Of a stretch of 64,000 nt of DNA, positions 42,391 through 55,327 are shown one piece after another. Position numbers and translations under genes: made by a program. The stretch is from an uncultured Candidatus Rokubacteria bacterium (GTDB lineage: Bacteria; Methylomirabilota; Methylomirabilia; Rokubacteriales; CSP1-6): NCBI GenBank assembly GCA_963747235.1, contig CAVVEU010000008.1, forward strand, positions 1 to 64,000, given 5' to 3'. Within the stretch, counting starts at the first letter, position 1. Every line of letters starts with the position of its first letter. The notes below the pieces were generated by a model. It ran no database searches. It was not told where the DNA came from and was given only the letters and a program-made list of their open reading frames with translations.

Positions 42391-44242
42391 ATGCCCTCGC
42401 CCCTCCTCACCCGCCTCGCCGAGCGCCCGCTCCTCTGCGACGGCGCCATGGGCACGCTGCTCTACGCGCGCGGCGTCGCCCTCGACGCCTGCTTCGACGT
42501 GCTCAACCTCAACGAGCCCAAGCTCGTGCAGTCGGTGCACGCGGAGTACATCGCGGCGGGCTGCGACGCCATCGAGACGAATACCTTCGGGGCCAACCGC
42601 TTCAAGCTGAGCATCCACGGGCTGCAGGCGCGCGTGCGCGAGATCAACCTGCGCGGGGCCAAGCTGGCGCGCGACGTGCGCGAGAGCATGGGCCGCGACG
42701 TGCTGGTGCTGGGCTCGATCGGCCCGCTCGGCAAGTACCTGGCCCCGCTCGGCAGCATCGAGCCGGCGGACGCGCGCGCCGCGTTCCACGAGCAGGCGGA
42801 GGGGCTGCTCGAGGGCGGCATCGACGCCTTCGTGATCGAGACCTTCTCGGATCTCACCGAGATGCGGCTCGCGGTGGAGGCGGTGCGCGCCCTGACCGAC
42901 CTGCCGATCCTCGCCGAGGTGGCGTTCACCGACGAGGGCGTGACCTTCACCGGCCGCACCGCGGCCGAGGTCGTGCGCACGCTACGGGAGCTGCCGATCC
43001 AGGCGGTGGGCGCCAACTGCTCGGTCGGCTCCAGCGTGCTCTACGACATCCTGGAGCAGATGGTGCCGGAGGCGGGCGGCCTCCACGTGGTCATCCAGCC
43101 CAACGCGGGGTTGCCGAGCCGGGTGGGGGAGCGGCTCATGTACCTCTCCTCGCCGACCTACATGGCGGACTACGCGGCGCGGATGATCGCGAGCGGCGCG
43201 CGGCTGGTCGGCGGCTGCTGCGGGACGACGCCCCAGCACATCCGCGCGATGCGGGAGGCGCTCGACCGGCTGGTCGCCCCAGCGCAGCGCCGCGCGCGTC
43301 GAGCCGGCCCGGCGCGCCCGGGTGGAGATCGCCGAGCCCTCCGGCCTCGCCACCAGCGCCCCGCCCACCCTGCTGCAGCGCCGGCTCGACGCGGGCGAGT
43401 TCCTCGTCACGGTCGAGCTGGATCCGCCGCGCGGCCACAACATCGAGAAGCTCGTGCAGGGGGCGAAGCTCCTCAAGGAGCGCGGGGTCGAGATCGTGGA
43501 CATCAACGACGGCTCGCTGGGCCGCGTGCGGATGTCGGTCCTGCCCACCGCGATGCTGGTGCGGGACGCGACCGGGCTCGACATCAACATGCACTTCACC
43601 TGCCGCGACCGGAACCTGATGGGCATCCAGGCGGATCTCCTCGGCGCCCACGCGATGGACATCCGCAACATCCTGGCCATGACCGGCGACCCGCCGCGCA
43701 CCGGCGACTACGTCAACGCCACCGCGGTGTTCGACGTGGACGCGATCGGCCTCATCCGCATCCTCGCCGAGATGAACCGCGGGCTCGACGCCACCGGCAC
43801 CTCCATCGGCGAGCCCACGTCGTTCAGCGTGGGCGTGGCCCTCAACCCGGCCAGCGAGGAGCCGGCGCGCGAGATGGAGCGCTTCCTCGCCAAGGTCGAG
43901 GCGGGCGCGCGCTGGGTGCAGACCCAGCCCATCTACGATCTGGACGTGCTCGACCGGTTCTTCGCCCGGACCCGCGCCCCGATTCCCCTGGTCGTGGGCA
44001 TCATGCCGCTCCACTCGTCGCGCCACGCCGAGTTCCTGCACAACGAGGTGCCGGGCATCACGGTGCCCGACGCGGTGCGGGCGCGCATGAAGGAGGCGGG
44101 CGAGCGCGGGCTCCGCGCGGGCATCGAGATGGCCCAGGGCCTCCTGCGCGACGTGCGCACCCATCACCACGCCGGCGTCTACCTGATGCCGTCCTTCGGC
44201 CGCTTCGAGGTCGTGGCTGAGGTCCTGGACGCGCTGCACTGA
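42391..44242 (+). CDS. yitJ: Bifunctional homocysteine S-methyltransferase / methylenetetrahydrofolate reductase; frameshift near 43290
   Basis: DGAMGT, GANC, PNAG and GGCCGTTP; then VELDPP, HFTCRDRN, TGDPP, TQPIY and HNEVPGI. Confidence 0.9.
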
Positions 44243-44245
44243 GCC

Positions 44246-45566
44246 ATGGCGGCCATGTACGAGCTGGGAGCCGCCGAGGCCGCCCGGCGCATCCGCGCCG
44301 GCACGCTGTCGCCGTCCAATCTGCTCGCGACCTGCCTCAAGCGCATCGACGCGATCGAGCCCGCGGTCGGCGCGTGGGTGCGGCTCGACCGCGACGCGGC
44401 CGCGCGGGTGGCGGTGCAGCGCGACATCGAGGCCCGCGAGGGACGCTTCATGGGCGCGCTCCACGGCGTGCCCATCGCGCTGAAGGACATCTTCGACGCG
44501 GCCGGCGTGCCCACCACGTCGGGCGCGCCCGCCTGGGCCACGCGGACCCCGGCGGTGGACGCGCCGTCGGTCGCGGCGCTGCGCGGCGCGGGCGCGGTGC
44601 CGATGGGCAAGCTCGCCACCACGCCCTTCGCCTATCTCGACCCGTCGGTCACGCGCAACCCGTGGAATGCCGAGCACACGCCCGGCGGCTCCTCGAGCGG
44701 TCCCGCCGCCGCGGTGGCCGCGCGCATGGTGCCGCTGGCGCTCGGATCGCAGACGGTGGGCTCGGTGCTGCGGCCGGCCGCGTACTGCGGCGTCGTGGGG
44801 TTCAAGCCCACGTACGGCCGGATCAGCGCGGCGGGCGTGCTCGAGCTGGCGGGCAGCCTCGACCACGTCGGCGTCTTCGCGCGGGCGGTGGAGGACTGCG
44901 CGCTCGCGCTCGCGGTGCTGGCCGCGCGGCGATCCCGCGCCGGACGACTACGTGGGCGCGGTCACCGAGCCGCCCGCGCCCCGCGTCGGCGTGCTCGCGT
45001 CGTTCCTGGCGCGCGCGACGCCCGAGATGGGCAAGCACCTGGAGGCGATCACGCGCGGCCTCGAGACCGCCGGCGCGCGGCTGGAGGACGTGACCTTGCC
45101 CGACGCGTTCGCGTCGATCTACGACGTGGGCGCCACCGTGCTCCGCGCGGAGGCGGCGGCCGCGCACGCCCCGCTCTTCGCCGCGCACGCGGCCGAGTAC
45201 CCGCCGAAGATCAAGGAGCTGATCGAGCTGGGCCACGCGATCTCCGCGCCCGCGTACCTGGCCGCGCAGGCCGCCCGACGGCAGGTGCGCGCGGCGGTGG
45301 GGGCGATCGCCACGCGCTACGACGCGTTCCTCCTGCCGACCATCGGCGCGCCGGCGCCCCGCGGGCTCGGCTCGACGGGCGATCCGTCGTTCTGCTCGCC
45401 GTGGAGCTTCCTGGGGATGCCCGCCATCACGCTGCCGACCGGAGTCGAGGGCGGCCTGCCGCTGGCCGTCCAGCTCGTGGCCGCCCCGTGGAGCGAGGCG
45501 CGGCTGCTGGCGGCGGCGGCCTGGTGCGAGCGCGTGATCGGCTTCACCGCCGGCCCGCCGCTCTGA
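44246..45566 (+). CDS. Amidase signature family enzyme; frameshift near 44930
   Basis: LHGVPIALKD, TPGGSSSG, GSQTVGSVLRPAAYCG, KPTYG and GLPLAVQL. Confidence 0.9.
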
Positions 45567-45576
45567 GGCCACGCGC

Positions 45577-48500
45577 ATGAAGATCGGGCGCCTCTTCCCC
45601 GACCTGCTGGCCACCCTGGGCCGCGCCGCGTCCTCCGAGGCGGGCTTCGCGCGCACGCTCAAGCAGCTCGTGGCCCTCTCGGGCGCCCGCGCGGGCGGCC
45701 TGCGCTTCCGCCCCGGCGACGGCGCGCCGATGGACGTGATCGTGGGCGCGCGGCGCGGCTCCGCCCTCGAGCGCTGGATCCAGGCGCGGCTCGAGCAGTC
45801 CGTGCGGGGCGTGAAGGTCGAGAAGCTGGCCGAGCCGCCGCCGGGTCTCCGCTCCCGCGACACCGCGGTGCTGAGCGCGGCGCTCGGCGATGCCGCGCAT
45901 CCCGTCGGCGGGCTCGTGCTGCTCGGGCCGGGCGGCGCGCGCGGGCTCGGCCGCGAGACGATCCCGCCGAGCTTCCCGCGCGAGTTCGGCCACGCCCTCG
46001 AGCACGTGTGGCGCCTGCGGCAGCGCACCATCCGGCTCGAGGTCATCAACGAGGTGATGGCCCTCGCCGCGACGACCCTGCCGCTCGATCGCGTGTACGG
46101 CAAGACCGCGGAGGCGGTCGCCCGGCTGATCCGCTTCGACGCCCTCGGCGTGACGCTGCTCGATCGTGAGCGAGGGGACTTCCGGGTCCTCGACGTGGCC
46201 GCGCACACCGCGCTGCCCGAGGTCTTCGACTTCCGCATGCCGACCGCCGGGACCCTGACCGCGTGGGTCGCGAGCCAGCGGGCGCCGCGGCGCGTGGACG
46301 ACGCCACCACCGATCCGTCCATCCCGGCGGTGAGCCGCGAGCTGCTGTCGCGGCGCGGCTTCCGGTCGGCGATCCTGGCCCCGCTGCTCTCGCAGGGCGA
46401 GGTGATCGGCACCCTGAACGTCACCCACCGCGAGCCCCACGCCTTCACGGACACCGACGTGGAGGTCCTCATGGAGATCGCGCGGCCGCTCGCCTCGGCG
46501 GTGGAGCACGCGCGCCTGCACGCGGAGAGCGCGCGCCGGGCCGAGGAGCTGGCCGCGCTCAATCGCACGAGCCAGCTCATCACCGCGCGGCTCGACCTGC
46601 CCTCGGTGCTGGAGACGATCAGCCGCTCCGTCACCTCGCTCATGGGGAGCACCGGCTGCGGCATCGGGCTCCTGAGCCCCGACGACCGGACCCTGATCGA
46701 GCAGGCGGCGGCGCACGGCTTCCGGACCCCGGAGTGGCAGCATCTGTCGGTGCGGGTGGGGGAGGGGCTCATCGGCCTCGCCGTCTCGTCGGGCCGGGCG
46801 GTGCGCTCCGACGATCTCCGCGAGGACCCGCGCTCCGCGCGGCGGGACCTGGACGAGAAGGAAGGCATCCGCTCGATGCTGAGCGTGCCGCTGCGGGTCG
46901 GCGGCCAGATCATCGGCGTCATCTCCGCCTTCTCCACCGAGCCGCGCGTCTTCGGGGACCGCCAGCAGGCGGTGCTGGAGAGCTTCGCGGACCAGGCCGG
47001 TATCGCGATCCAGAACGCGCGCCTCTTCGAGGAGACGCAGCGGCGCGCCCGGGAGACCCAGGCCCTGCTGCGCGCGGGCCACGCGGTCAACCAGAGCCTC
47101 GACGTGAGCGAGACGGTGCGGCTCATCCTGCACCAGGCCCGCGAGGTGCTGGAGGTGCAGTCGTGCGGCCTGTTCACGCTGGACGCGGCGACCGGCGAGC
47201 TGACCGCCACCGCCAGCCTCGACCTGCCCGCCGAGGATCTGCACGCGATCCGCCTGCGGGTGGGCGAGGGCATCACCGGCGTCGCGGTCAAGGAGCGGCG
47301 GCCGGTGCAGACCGCGGATCTCTACCGCGATCCCCGGGTGCGGTACCCGCAGGCGGGCCTGCGCTCCATGCTGGCGGCGCCGCTGATCGTGGGCGACCAG
47401 ACGATCGGCGCCCTCACCGTGCTCCGGACCGACGTCCACCACTTCAGCGCCGAGGAGGAGTCGCTGGTCTCCGCGTTCGCGGACCAGGCCGCGATGGCGC
47501 TGGAGCACGCGCGCCTGTTCAGCTCGGTCCGCACCTACTCCGAGCGCCTGGAGGCGATGGTGGAGGCGCGCACCCACGAGCTCGACGAGCAGCGGCGCTT
47601 CGTGGAGGTGGTGCTGGAGACGCTACCGCTCGGCCTCTTCGTGCTCGACGCGGAGCTGCGCGTGATCAGCACGAACCGGGAAGGCGCCGCGCTGGTGCCG
47701 GTGGAGGCCGCCGCGCGCCGGCCCTTCGCGGAGCTCATGCCGCCCGCCAAGGTGGCCGCGGTGCACGCGTTTCTGCAGGGTGCGGTGACCGCGCGCGAGG
47801 TGCGCCATACCGAGGAGGAGCTGCCCGCGGGCGGCGAGACCCTCACCGTGCGTCTGACCGCGACCCCGCTCCGCGCCCCGCAGGCCACCCACCTGCTGGT
47901 CCTGGTGGAGGACATCACGCTGCAGAAGCGGCTCGAGCGCCAGATGGTGCTGACCGAGCGGCTCACCACCGCGGGGCGGCTGGCCGCCGGGGTGGCGCAC
48001 GAGCTGAACAACCCGCTCGCCACCATCGCGGGCTGCGCGGAAGCGCTGAAGGAGCGGGCGCACGATCCGCACCTGCGCGACCTGGATGCCTTCAAGGACT
48101 TCCCGAGCTATCTCGGGCTCATCGAGGAGGAGGCGTACCGCTGCAAGGAGATCACCGGGAGCCTGCTCCACTTCGTGCGCGACCCGGGCAGCCGGCGCGC
48201 CCCGGCCGATCTGAACGTGCTGGTGGACAAGGTGCTGGAGCTGATCGGGCACCAGTCCCGCTACGCCCAGAGCCGGCTCGAGCGGCGCCTCGACGCCGAG
48301 CTGCCCGACGTGGTGGTCAACGAGGGCCAGCTCCGCCAGGTGTTCCTCGGGCTCGCGAGCAATGCCCTCGACGCGATGGACGGGCGCGGGACCCTGACCG
48401 TGACCACCCGCCGGCGCAACGCCGAAGGAGGTCGAGATCGCGTTCACCGACGAGGGCCCGGGCATTCCCGAGCACATCCTGCCGCGCGTGTTCGACCCGT

Positions 48501-48648
48501 TCTTCACCACCAAGCCGCCGGGGCAGGGCACCGGGCTCGGCCTGGCCATCGCCCAGGGCATCGTGGCCGACCACGACGGCCGCTTCGAGGTGGACTCCCG
48601 CGTGGGCGCCGGCACCACCTTCCGTGTGATCCTGCCGGTGACGCGCTC

Positions 48649-48652
<4 letters not shown>
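45577..48652 (+). CDS. Cytoplasmic multi-GAF/PAS sensor histidine kinase; frameshift near 48425
   Basis: Three GAF repeats (SAILAPL, SMLSVPL, SMLAAPL), PAS-like segment, AHELNNPL, then DEGPGI and [15 protein letters not shown] in the shifted frame; TGA at 48650-48652. Confidence 0.88.
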
Positions 48653-49996
<1,344 letters not shown>

Positions 49997-50005
49997 GCCC
50001 CGCCG

Positions 50006-50158
50006 TCACATCTGGCTGTCGAATTCGCAGAAGCCGTCGCGCACGCCACCGGGCCGCCACCAGCCACGATGCCGCTCGCACTGGGCGCGGAGCCCGCTCG
50101 AGGCGCAGCCCGACAGGACCAGCAGGGTCACCAGCGCGACGGCGGCTCGTCTCCGGAT
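50006..50158 (-). CDS. Small Cys-containing lipoprotein; start codon not found (error or pseudogene)
   Basis: Manual translation IRRRAAVALVTLLVLSGCASSGLRAQCERHRGWWRPGGVRDGFCEFDSQM*; lipobox LSGC. Confidence 0.5.
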   Translation of the reverse strand: MRRRAAVALVTLLVLSGCASSGLRAQCERHRGWWRPGGVRDGFCEFDSQM

Positions 50159-50323
50159 GGGATGGGGATACTCCCCCGCGGCGGCAGAGCGGAGGCGTAG
50201 ACTGTGCTTACATGGTGGTTCCGCCGCGGGTGGCCCGCGAAGGGTGCTGAAGCGTCTTCATCTGCTTGAGCCGGGTGGCCCGCAGATCCAGACGCGCTCT
50301 CCCGGAATCCTCCACGCCGAAGC

Positions 50324-51321
50324 ATGAAGCCGATTCCCGCGATCTGGCGCATCGATATCGAGCCCGATGACTTTCAGCCCGGGCCCGGACTCCCACCCTG
50401 GAGCGGCTTCGTCACGATGGCGGATCTCGTGGAACGACTGCGCCGGCCGCTGGCAGACCGCTCCGGCGCGGCCGTGCGGCCCACCTGGTTTCTGCGACTG
50501 GATCCCGACATCGAGCGTTGTTACGGGCGGGCCGATTTTGTGGTCGATCGCTACCGCGCGCGGATCGAGCAGTTGCGCGCACAGGGTGATCCGTTCGGGA
50601 TTCACGTGCACTACTATCGCTGGGACGAACAGCGGCAGGTTTCATACTCCGATCATGCGGACACCGGCTGGACGACGCACTGCCTCGACATGGCCGCGCA
50701 CACGTTCGAGCGATGCTTCGGAGAGCCGCCGCGTCGAGCGAGTCAGGGTGGTTCTTTGTCACCGATGCCGTCGTGGATCGCGCCATCGCCCTCGGGATCG
50801 AGGTGGACGTCACGGCGGAGCCGGGCCTGGACGCGCTGCGCGACGGCGCGACGTTCGGCGCCTACACTACGGCGCCGTCGCCGGATTTTCGGCAGTATCC
50901 CCGCCGCCCCTACTATCCATCGCGCGCGGCCCTTGGCTCACCGGCAACCTCCGCGACCGACGCGCGCCCGATGCTGATGGTGCCGCTCACGTCCTACGAT
51001 TACCACCGCGCCTGGAATCCATGGCACAAGCGGCTCGCCAAGAACGTCCTGGGGTGGCCGCGTCAGCACCTCCCGCTCAACCCATGGAAGGCGTGGCCGA
51101 GTCCCGGCGTATTCTGGGATCTTGTCGCTCGGGCCGCGGACGAGGGGCCGGCGCGCTATGCCGCGTTTGCGATCCGGACTGATGCCTCGGGCTCGGTGAC
51201 ACACCTTCGCGCCCGAGCGCTTCTCGAGCATCTGCCGAACCATCCCATCTCGCGGCGACTGCGTTTCGTCGATCCCTTGTCGCCGGAGATTCGAGCTCTC
51301 GTCGCCCCGTACACCTGGTGA
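50324..51321 (+). CDS. Hypothetical protein, polysaccharide-deacetylase-like fold possible; frameshift near 50750
   Basis: IDIEPD, PTWF, GIHVH and D.T.EPG pattern across ORFs 50324..50977 and 50713..51321. Confidence 0.55.
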
Positions 51322-51368
51322 CGCCGCCCGAGGCGGAGTACCCGAAAAAGGAGCCGCGTGTGACGAGA

Positions 51369-51632
51369 CTAGTCCGCCGGCCCGCTCGGCTTATACCCAA
51401 GGACTCGGCGCGTCGCGTCCCACACATAGAAGCATGCGAGGTGGAACTGCACACCGAAGTCCTTCCCGCTCAGCCCCTCCATCACCATCTGGGCCTTTGT
51501 CACTGTTTCGTCACAGCCGTCGCAGATCTCCCCGTTGCCCGGGCCGCCCCACACGCGGGGGATGTAGTGGTGGGGAAGACGCCCATCGGCGAGCTTGTTC
51601 TGAATCATGCGGCGAAGGGTGGGCTTGTCCAT
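51369..51632 (-). CDS. Small putative zinc-binding protein (CxxC...HxxC)
   Basis: GGAGG SD; KLADGRLP...WGGPGNGEICDGCDE...FHLACFYVWD. Confidence 0.75.
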   Translation of the reverse strand: MDKPTLRRMIQNKLADGRLPHHYIPRVWGGPGNGEICDGCDETVTKAQMVMEGLSGKDFGVQFHLACFYVWDATRRVLGYKPSGPAD

Positions 51633-52048
51633 GCTCGACCTCCCGGCATTGGCCGCTTCGACACGCCAGATTCACCAGAGTCGCGGCGCCAGCGGCGCCA
51701 ACCCGAAGGCCAGGGTGCAGGCAGCGGCCAGTGTGAAGCGGTCGCCCCGTGCGCGCCTAGTGGACCTTGGGCCCATGACTGCCCCAGGCCTCTCAAGGAG
51801 AGTCCGTGCCGATGATCGCTAAGGAGCGGGGATTCGCGGCGTACTCGAGATAACCCGTAGCTCGCAGTCCGGCGCGAATCGCTGTTCCTGGTGAGTCCGC
51901 ACACCTGGCCTGAGGTGGCAGGTTCCCCCGATGGCATGGCCGGCATGGATCCGTTCTGTAAGTGCGCGTCTCCAAAGTACCGCTCCGCGTCAGCCGATCG
52001 GGCACAACGCCCGAATCGGCGACGGTCCCGCTCCTTGGCGACGGCCCG

Positions 52049-52106
52049 CAAGAGGTTGTTATCGCAGGCATCATTGTTTGGTGAATCCGGTGGCACAGAG
52101 GTTGAA
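52049..52106 (+). promoter_or_regulatory. Putative sigma54 promoter with upstream IHF-like site
   Basis: TGGCAC-AGAGG-TTGAA at 52091-52106 (consensus TGGCAC-N5-TTGC, one mismatch); CAAGAGGTTGTTA at 52049-52061 is one mismatch from the IHF consensus. Confidence 0.55.
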
Positions 52107-52154
52107 TCTATACGACATGGTTCGACTCGTACTGAATGGATAGAGGGGAGACAG

Positions 52155-52562
52155 ATGATTCGGCTACTGACGATCGATGGGGACCGGAACCGGGCGCAGG
52201 CCCTGGCCATGGAGTGTCTCGAGCAGGGGGTGGCGGTGCGCATGGCCGAGACGCTCTGCGAGGGCGTGCGGTATCTGCTCGATGCGCCGGTCTCGCTGGT
52301 GCTGGCGGAAGCGGGCATGCTGCGGATGGCCCGGGGCGACCAGGCGCGCCTGTTCGAGGCGGTGGCGCCCGGCGTGCCGGTGATCCTCACCGTGGACGCG
52401 GGGGCGAAGGTCGAGGACCTGGTCAATCTCGAGCTGCAGGGCTTTCGCGTCATGACCCGGCCCTTCGCGCTGGGTGATCTGCTCGCGAAGATCGAGCTGC
52501 CCGCCAAGGGAGCACCCGCGCGCCGGGATGCCCGCGAGCGGGTCGAGACGGTCTGCCGGTAG
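52155..52562 (+). CDS. Atypical single-domain receiver-like protein
   Basis: GAGGGGAG SD; CheY-like pattern (LLTIDGD, LVLAE, VPVILT, TRPF) without the canonical Asp/Lys. Confidence 0.65.
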   Translation: MIRLLTIDGDRNRAQALAMECLEQGVAVRMAETLCEGVRYLLDAPVSLVLAEAGMLRMARGDQARLFEAVAPGVPVILTVDAGAKVEDLVNLELQGFRVMTRPFALGDLLAKIELPAKGAPARRDARERVETVCR

Positions 52563-52574
52563 GAGCGCGAATCC

Positions 52575-52781
52575 ATGGGAAAGCGATGGATCTTCGCGCT
52601 GACGGTGGCGCTGGCGCTGGGGCTGATCGGGCTGCTCGCCTACACGAGCGAGTCCGTTCACCGCGTGGCGCAGCCGCCGCAGAGCAGCACCGAGGTGGCG
52701 CGGCCGGGCATCGTGCCGGTTCCCGCCGAGCGTGAGGTCGGGCCCACGGTCAACGGCACCGGGTTGATGCTCACCTACTAG
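52575..52781 (+). CDS. Small single-TM protein
   Basis: AGGAG SD; MGKRWIFALTVALALGLIGLLAY. Confidence 0.6.
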   Translation: MGKRWIFALTVALALGLIGLLAYTSESVHRVAQPPQSSTEVARPGIVPVPAEREVGPTVNGTGLMLTY

Positions 52782-52935
52782 GGTCCGCGGCCAGGTCTCC
52801 GCCGTGGCGGAGGCCCCGCTCCTGGTGTACAGTATTGCCCGATGCGCCGCCGCCGGCGGCGCCCTCGCCTCCGATATTGGCTCTTCCGAGTATTGGGGCG
52901 CGTACGAAGCGGAAGAGTGACCGAAGGAGAACCAC

Positions 52936-53325
52936 ATGGCTGCGAAACTGTACGTGGGTGGTCTGTCCTATTCCACGACCAGTGAGACCCTTCGCGAGTA
53001 TTTTGCCCAGTGCGGGACGGTGGAGTCGGCGTCCGTGATCACGGACAAGTTCTCCGGCCAGTCGCGGGGCTTTGGCTTTGTCGAGATGGCGACCTCCGAG
53101 GAGGCACAGCGGGCCATCTCCGAGCTGAACGGCAAGGACCTGGACGGCCGCAAGATCACGGTGAACGTGTCGAACCCGCGGACGCCCGGCTCGGGCGGTG
53201 GCGGGCGCGGACCGGGCGGACCCCGTGGCGGCGGTCGGCCGGGCGGTGGTGGTGGCGGGCGTGGGGGCGGCGGCGATCGCGGCGCCTACGGCGTGCCCCC
53301 CTCCAAGAAGCCCTTCCGCTGGTAG
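52936..53325 (+). CDS. RRM RNA-binding protein with Gly-rich tail
   Basis: RNP2 KLYVGGL, RNP1 RGFGFVEM, and GGRG-rich C-terminus. Confidence 0.95.
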   Translation: MAAKLYVGGLSYSTTSETLREYFAQCGTVESASVITDKFSGQSRGFGFVEMATSEEAQRAISELNGKDLDGRKITVNVSNPRTPGSGGGGRGPGGPRGGGRPGGGGGGRGGGGDRGAYGVPPSKKPFRW

Positions 53326-53350
53326 CTCGCTCGAACGCGAGCGGAGACGA

Positions 53351-53388
53351 CAAGGGCGCGGGATCACTCACCGCGCCCTTTGTTTTTG
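53351..53388 (+). terminator. Rho-independent terminator
   Basis: AAGGGCGCGG-loop-CCGCGCCCTT followed by TGTTTTT. Confidence 0.85.
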
Positions 53389-53401
53389 CCCGCGCGCGCG
53401 C

Positions 53402-55244
53402 CTAGAGGATTTTCTCGTAGCGCCCGAGATCGTGGGCGGTGTCCATGAACCACTTGACGATCTCGGGATTCGAGCGCGGCGGGATCTCGCACGACGTGGA
53501 CAGGATGAACCCCGAGTGCTTGGCCGCGGTGTCGATGCACCGCCGCACCTCGGCCTCCATCTGCGCCCGGGTGGCCTTCTCGAACATCGTCGCGTCCACG
53601 TTGCCGATGGCCACCGCGCGCCCCTTGACGACCTGCATGAAGCGCTCGAGCTGGTCCACGTGCAGCGACGGATCGGACTGCTGGTCCAGGTCGAACGAGA
53701 TCGTGGTGAAGCCGCAGCCGATCAGGTCCTCGAAGATCGGGTAGGTGACGCCGCAGATGTGCGCGGTGACGCCCACCTTCTTCGCCTTGAAGTGGTCCAC
53801 CAGCTCCTTGTGGTAGGGCGCGATGAACTCCCGGTAGTTGTCCGGCGAGACCAGGCTGATGGAGGCGGTGGGCTCGGAGAACGAGAGCCCGATCTTGGTC
53901 TTCACGATCGCGTCGCCCCAGAGCTTGCAGAAGTCGGTGGTCAGCCGCATCACGTCGTGGATGAACTGCGGGTCCTCGAACGTGTCCAGCAGCATCATCT
54001 CCGGGTTGCGCAGCAGCATCGCGATCGTCCACGGCCCCACCGCGACCGCGCCGGTGGCGGCGGGCGGCGCCGCCTTCACGAGGGCCTCGCACTGCTCGAG
54101 GAAGCCGGGCAGCCGCGCGGTCTTGTAGGGATCGGGCATCCGGAGCTTGGCCAGGTCCGCCTTGTCCTCGAGCAGGTGCGTCTCGATCGAGGGCACCACG
54201 TAGTCGGAGTACTTGACGCCGCAGCCGAAGGCTTCCGCCTCCTTGGCGAGATCGTTGTACGCGAGCACCACGTCCGGCTGGTAGCGCTCGTAGTAGTTCA
54301 TCATCGCGTTGATGGCCTTCACCGGGTTGGTGCAGTACTCCTCGATGCTGAGCCCGTCGAGCGTGCCCGCGAACGAGGCCACGATCGGGTAGACCGGCAC
54401 CCGGTCCGAGAAGGAGCGCTTGTAGGCCGCCACCACCCGGTCGCGGTTGACCAGGCTTGGTCTTGCCCGCCTCGGCGTCCCAGAGCTTGTTCACTTCCAT
54501 GTAGCGCGGCGGCAGCTTGGCCTCGTACTCCATGAACTGGGTGATGGGGTAGCGGATGCCCCCGTTGTGGGTGCCGCGCAGGCCCTCCACGATCTCCTCC
54601 ATCCGCTCCCACGGGATGGAGAACGCCATCTCGTGATCCTGGGTCTGGCCGAAGATGCGGTCGCCCGAGCAGGGGAGGATCACCTGCGGCTCGCCGGTCT
54701 GCATGGTCGTCACGACGATGTCGGCGCAGACCGCGCGGCCCTCGAAGGAGGACGTGAGCCGGCCGCCCCGCTTCCAGAGCGCGGCCTGGGTCAGGCGCAT
54801 CACCTGGGCCGGGTTGGCGTAGACGCAGACCACGTGCGGCTCGAAGGTGGCGCGGTCGAGCGGGGCCACCAGCAGGCAGTGGTACTCGCCGGGCGCGAAC
54901 TTGTCGATGGCGGCCTCGGAGCGCTGGCCCGCGGCCTTGGTCTCGGTGTACATGCCCTCGCACAGCGTGCCCACGTTGTAGATGGGCAGCGGCTTGTCGA
55001 AGCCGATCGCGGTGATGCCGAGCGAGCAGATGTGGTCCTCGCGGGTCAGCGCGATGGTCCAGCCGTAGCGCCGCGACATGTCGATGACCTGGCAGCTCAT
55101 GGAGAGCTTCTTGAAGTCGCGGGCGGGCCGGCGCGCGCGCTCCGGGATCTCCTCGCCCGCCTTGAGCATGCGGATCGCCACCGGGAACGTCTGCGGGCGC
55201 AGGTACGTCTGCAGCTCCCGGTCCGCCGTCTTCACGTCGATCAT
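53402..55244 (-). CDS. DUF169 domain fused to a UroD/MtaA-CmuA-type methyltransferase domain; frameshift near 54455
   Basis: N-part: PVAIRM, SCQ...SRRYG, ICSLG, NPAQVMRL, VCAD, PCSGDR. C-part: DRVPVYP, EAEAFG, GPWTIA, EPTAS, HICG, GNVD, FILSTSCEIP. Confidence 0.8.
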
Positions 55245-55327
55245 GGGCGTCTCCTTGTCACGGAGGCTACGGGGGGCCTTCTGGGTTGTCAAGGGAAGGC
55301 GCCCGGTTCCGCTACAATATCGCCGCG

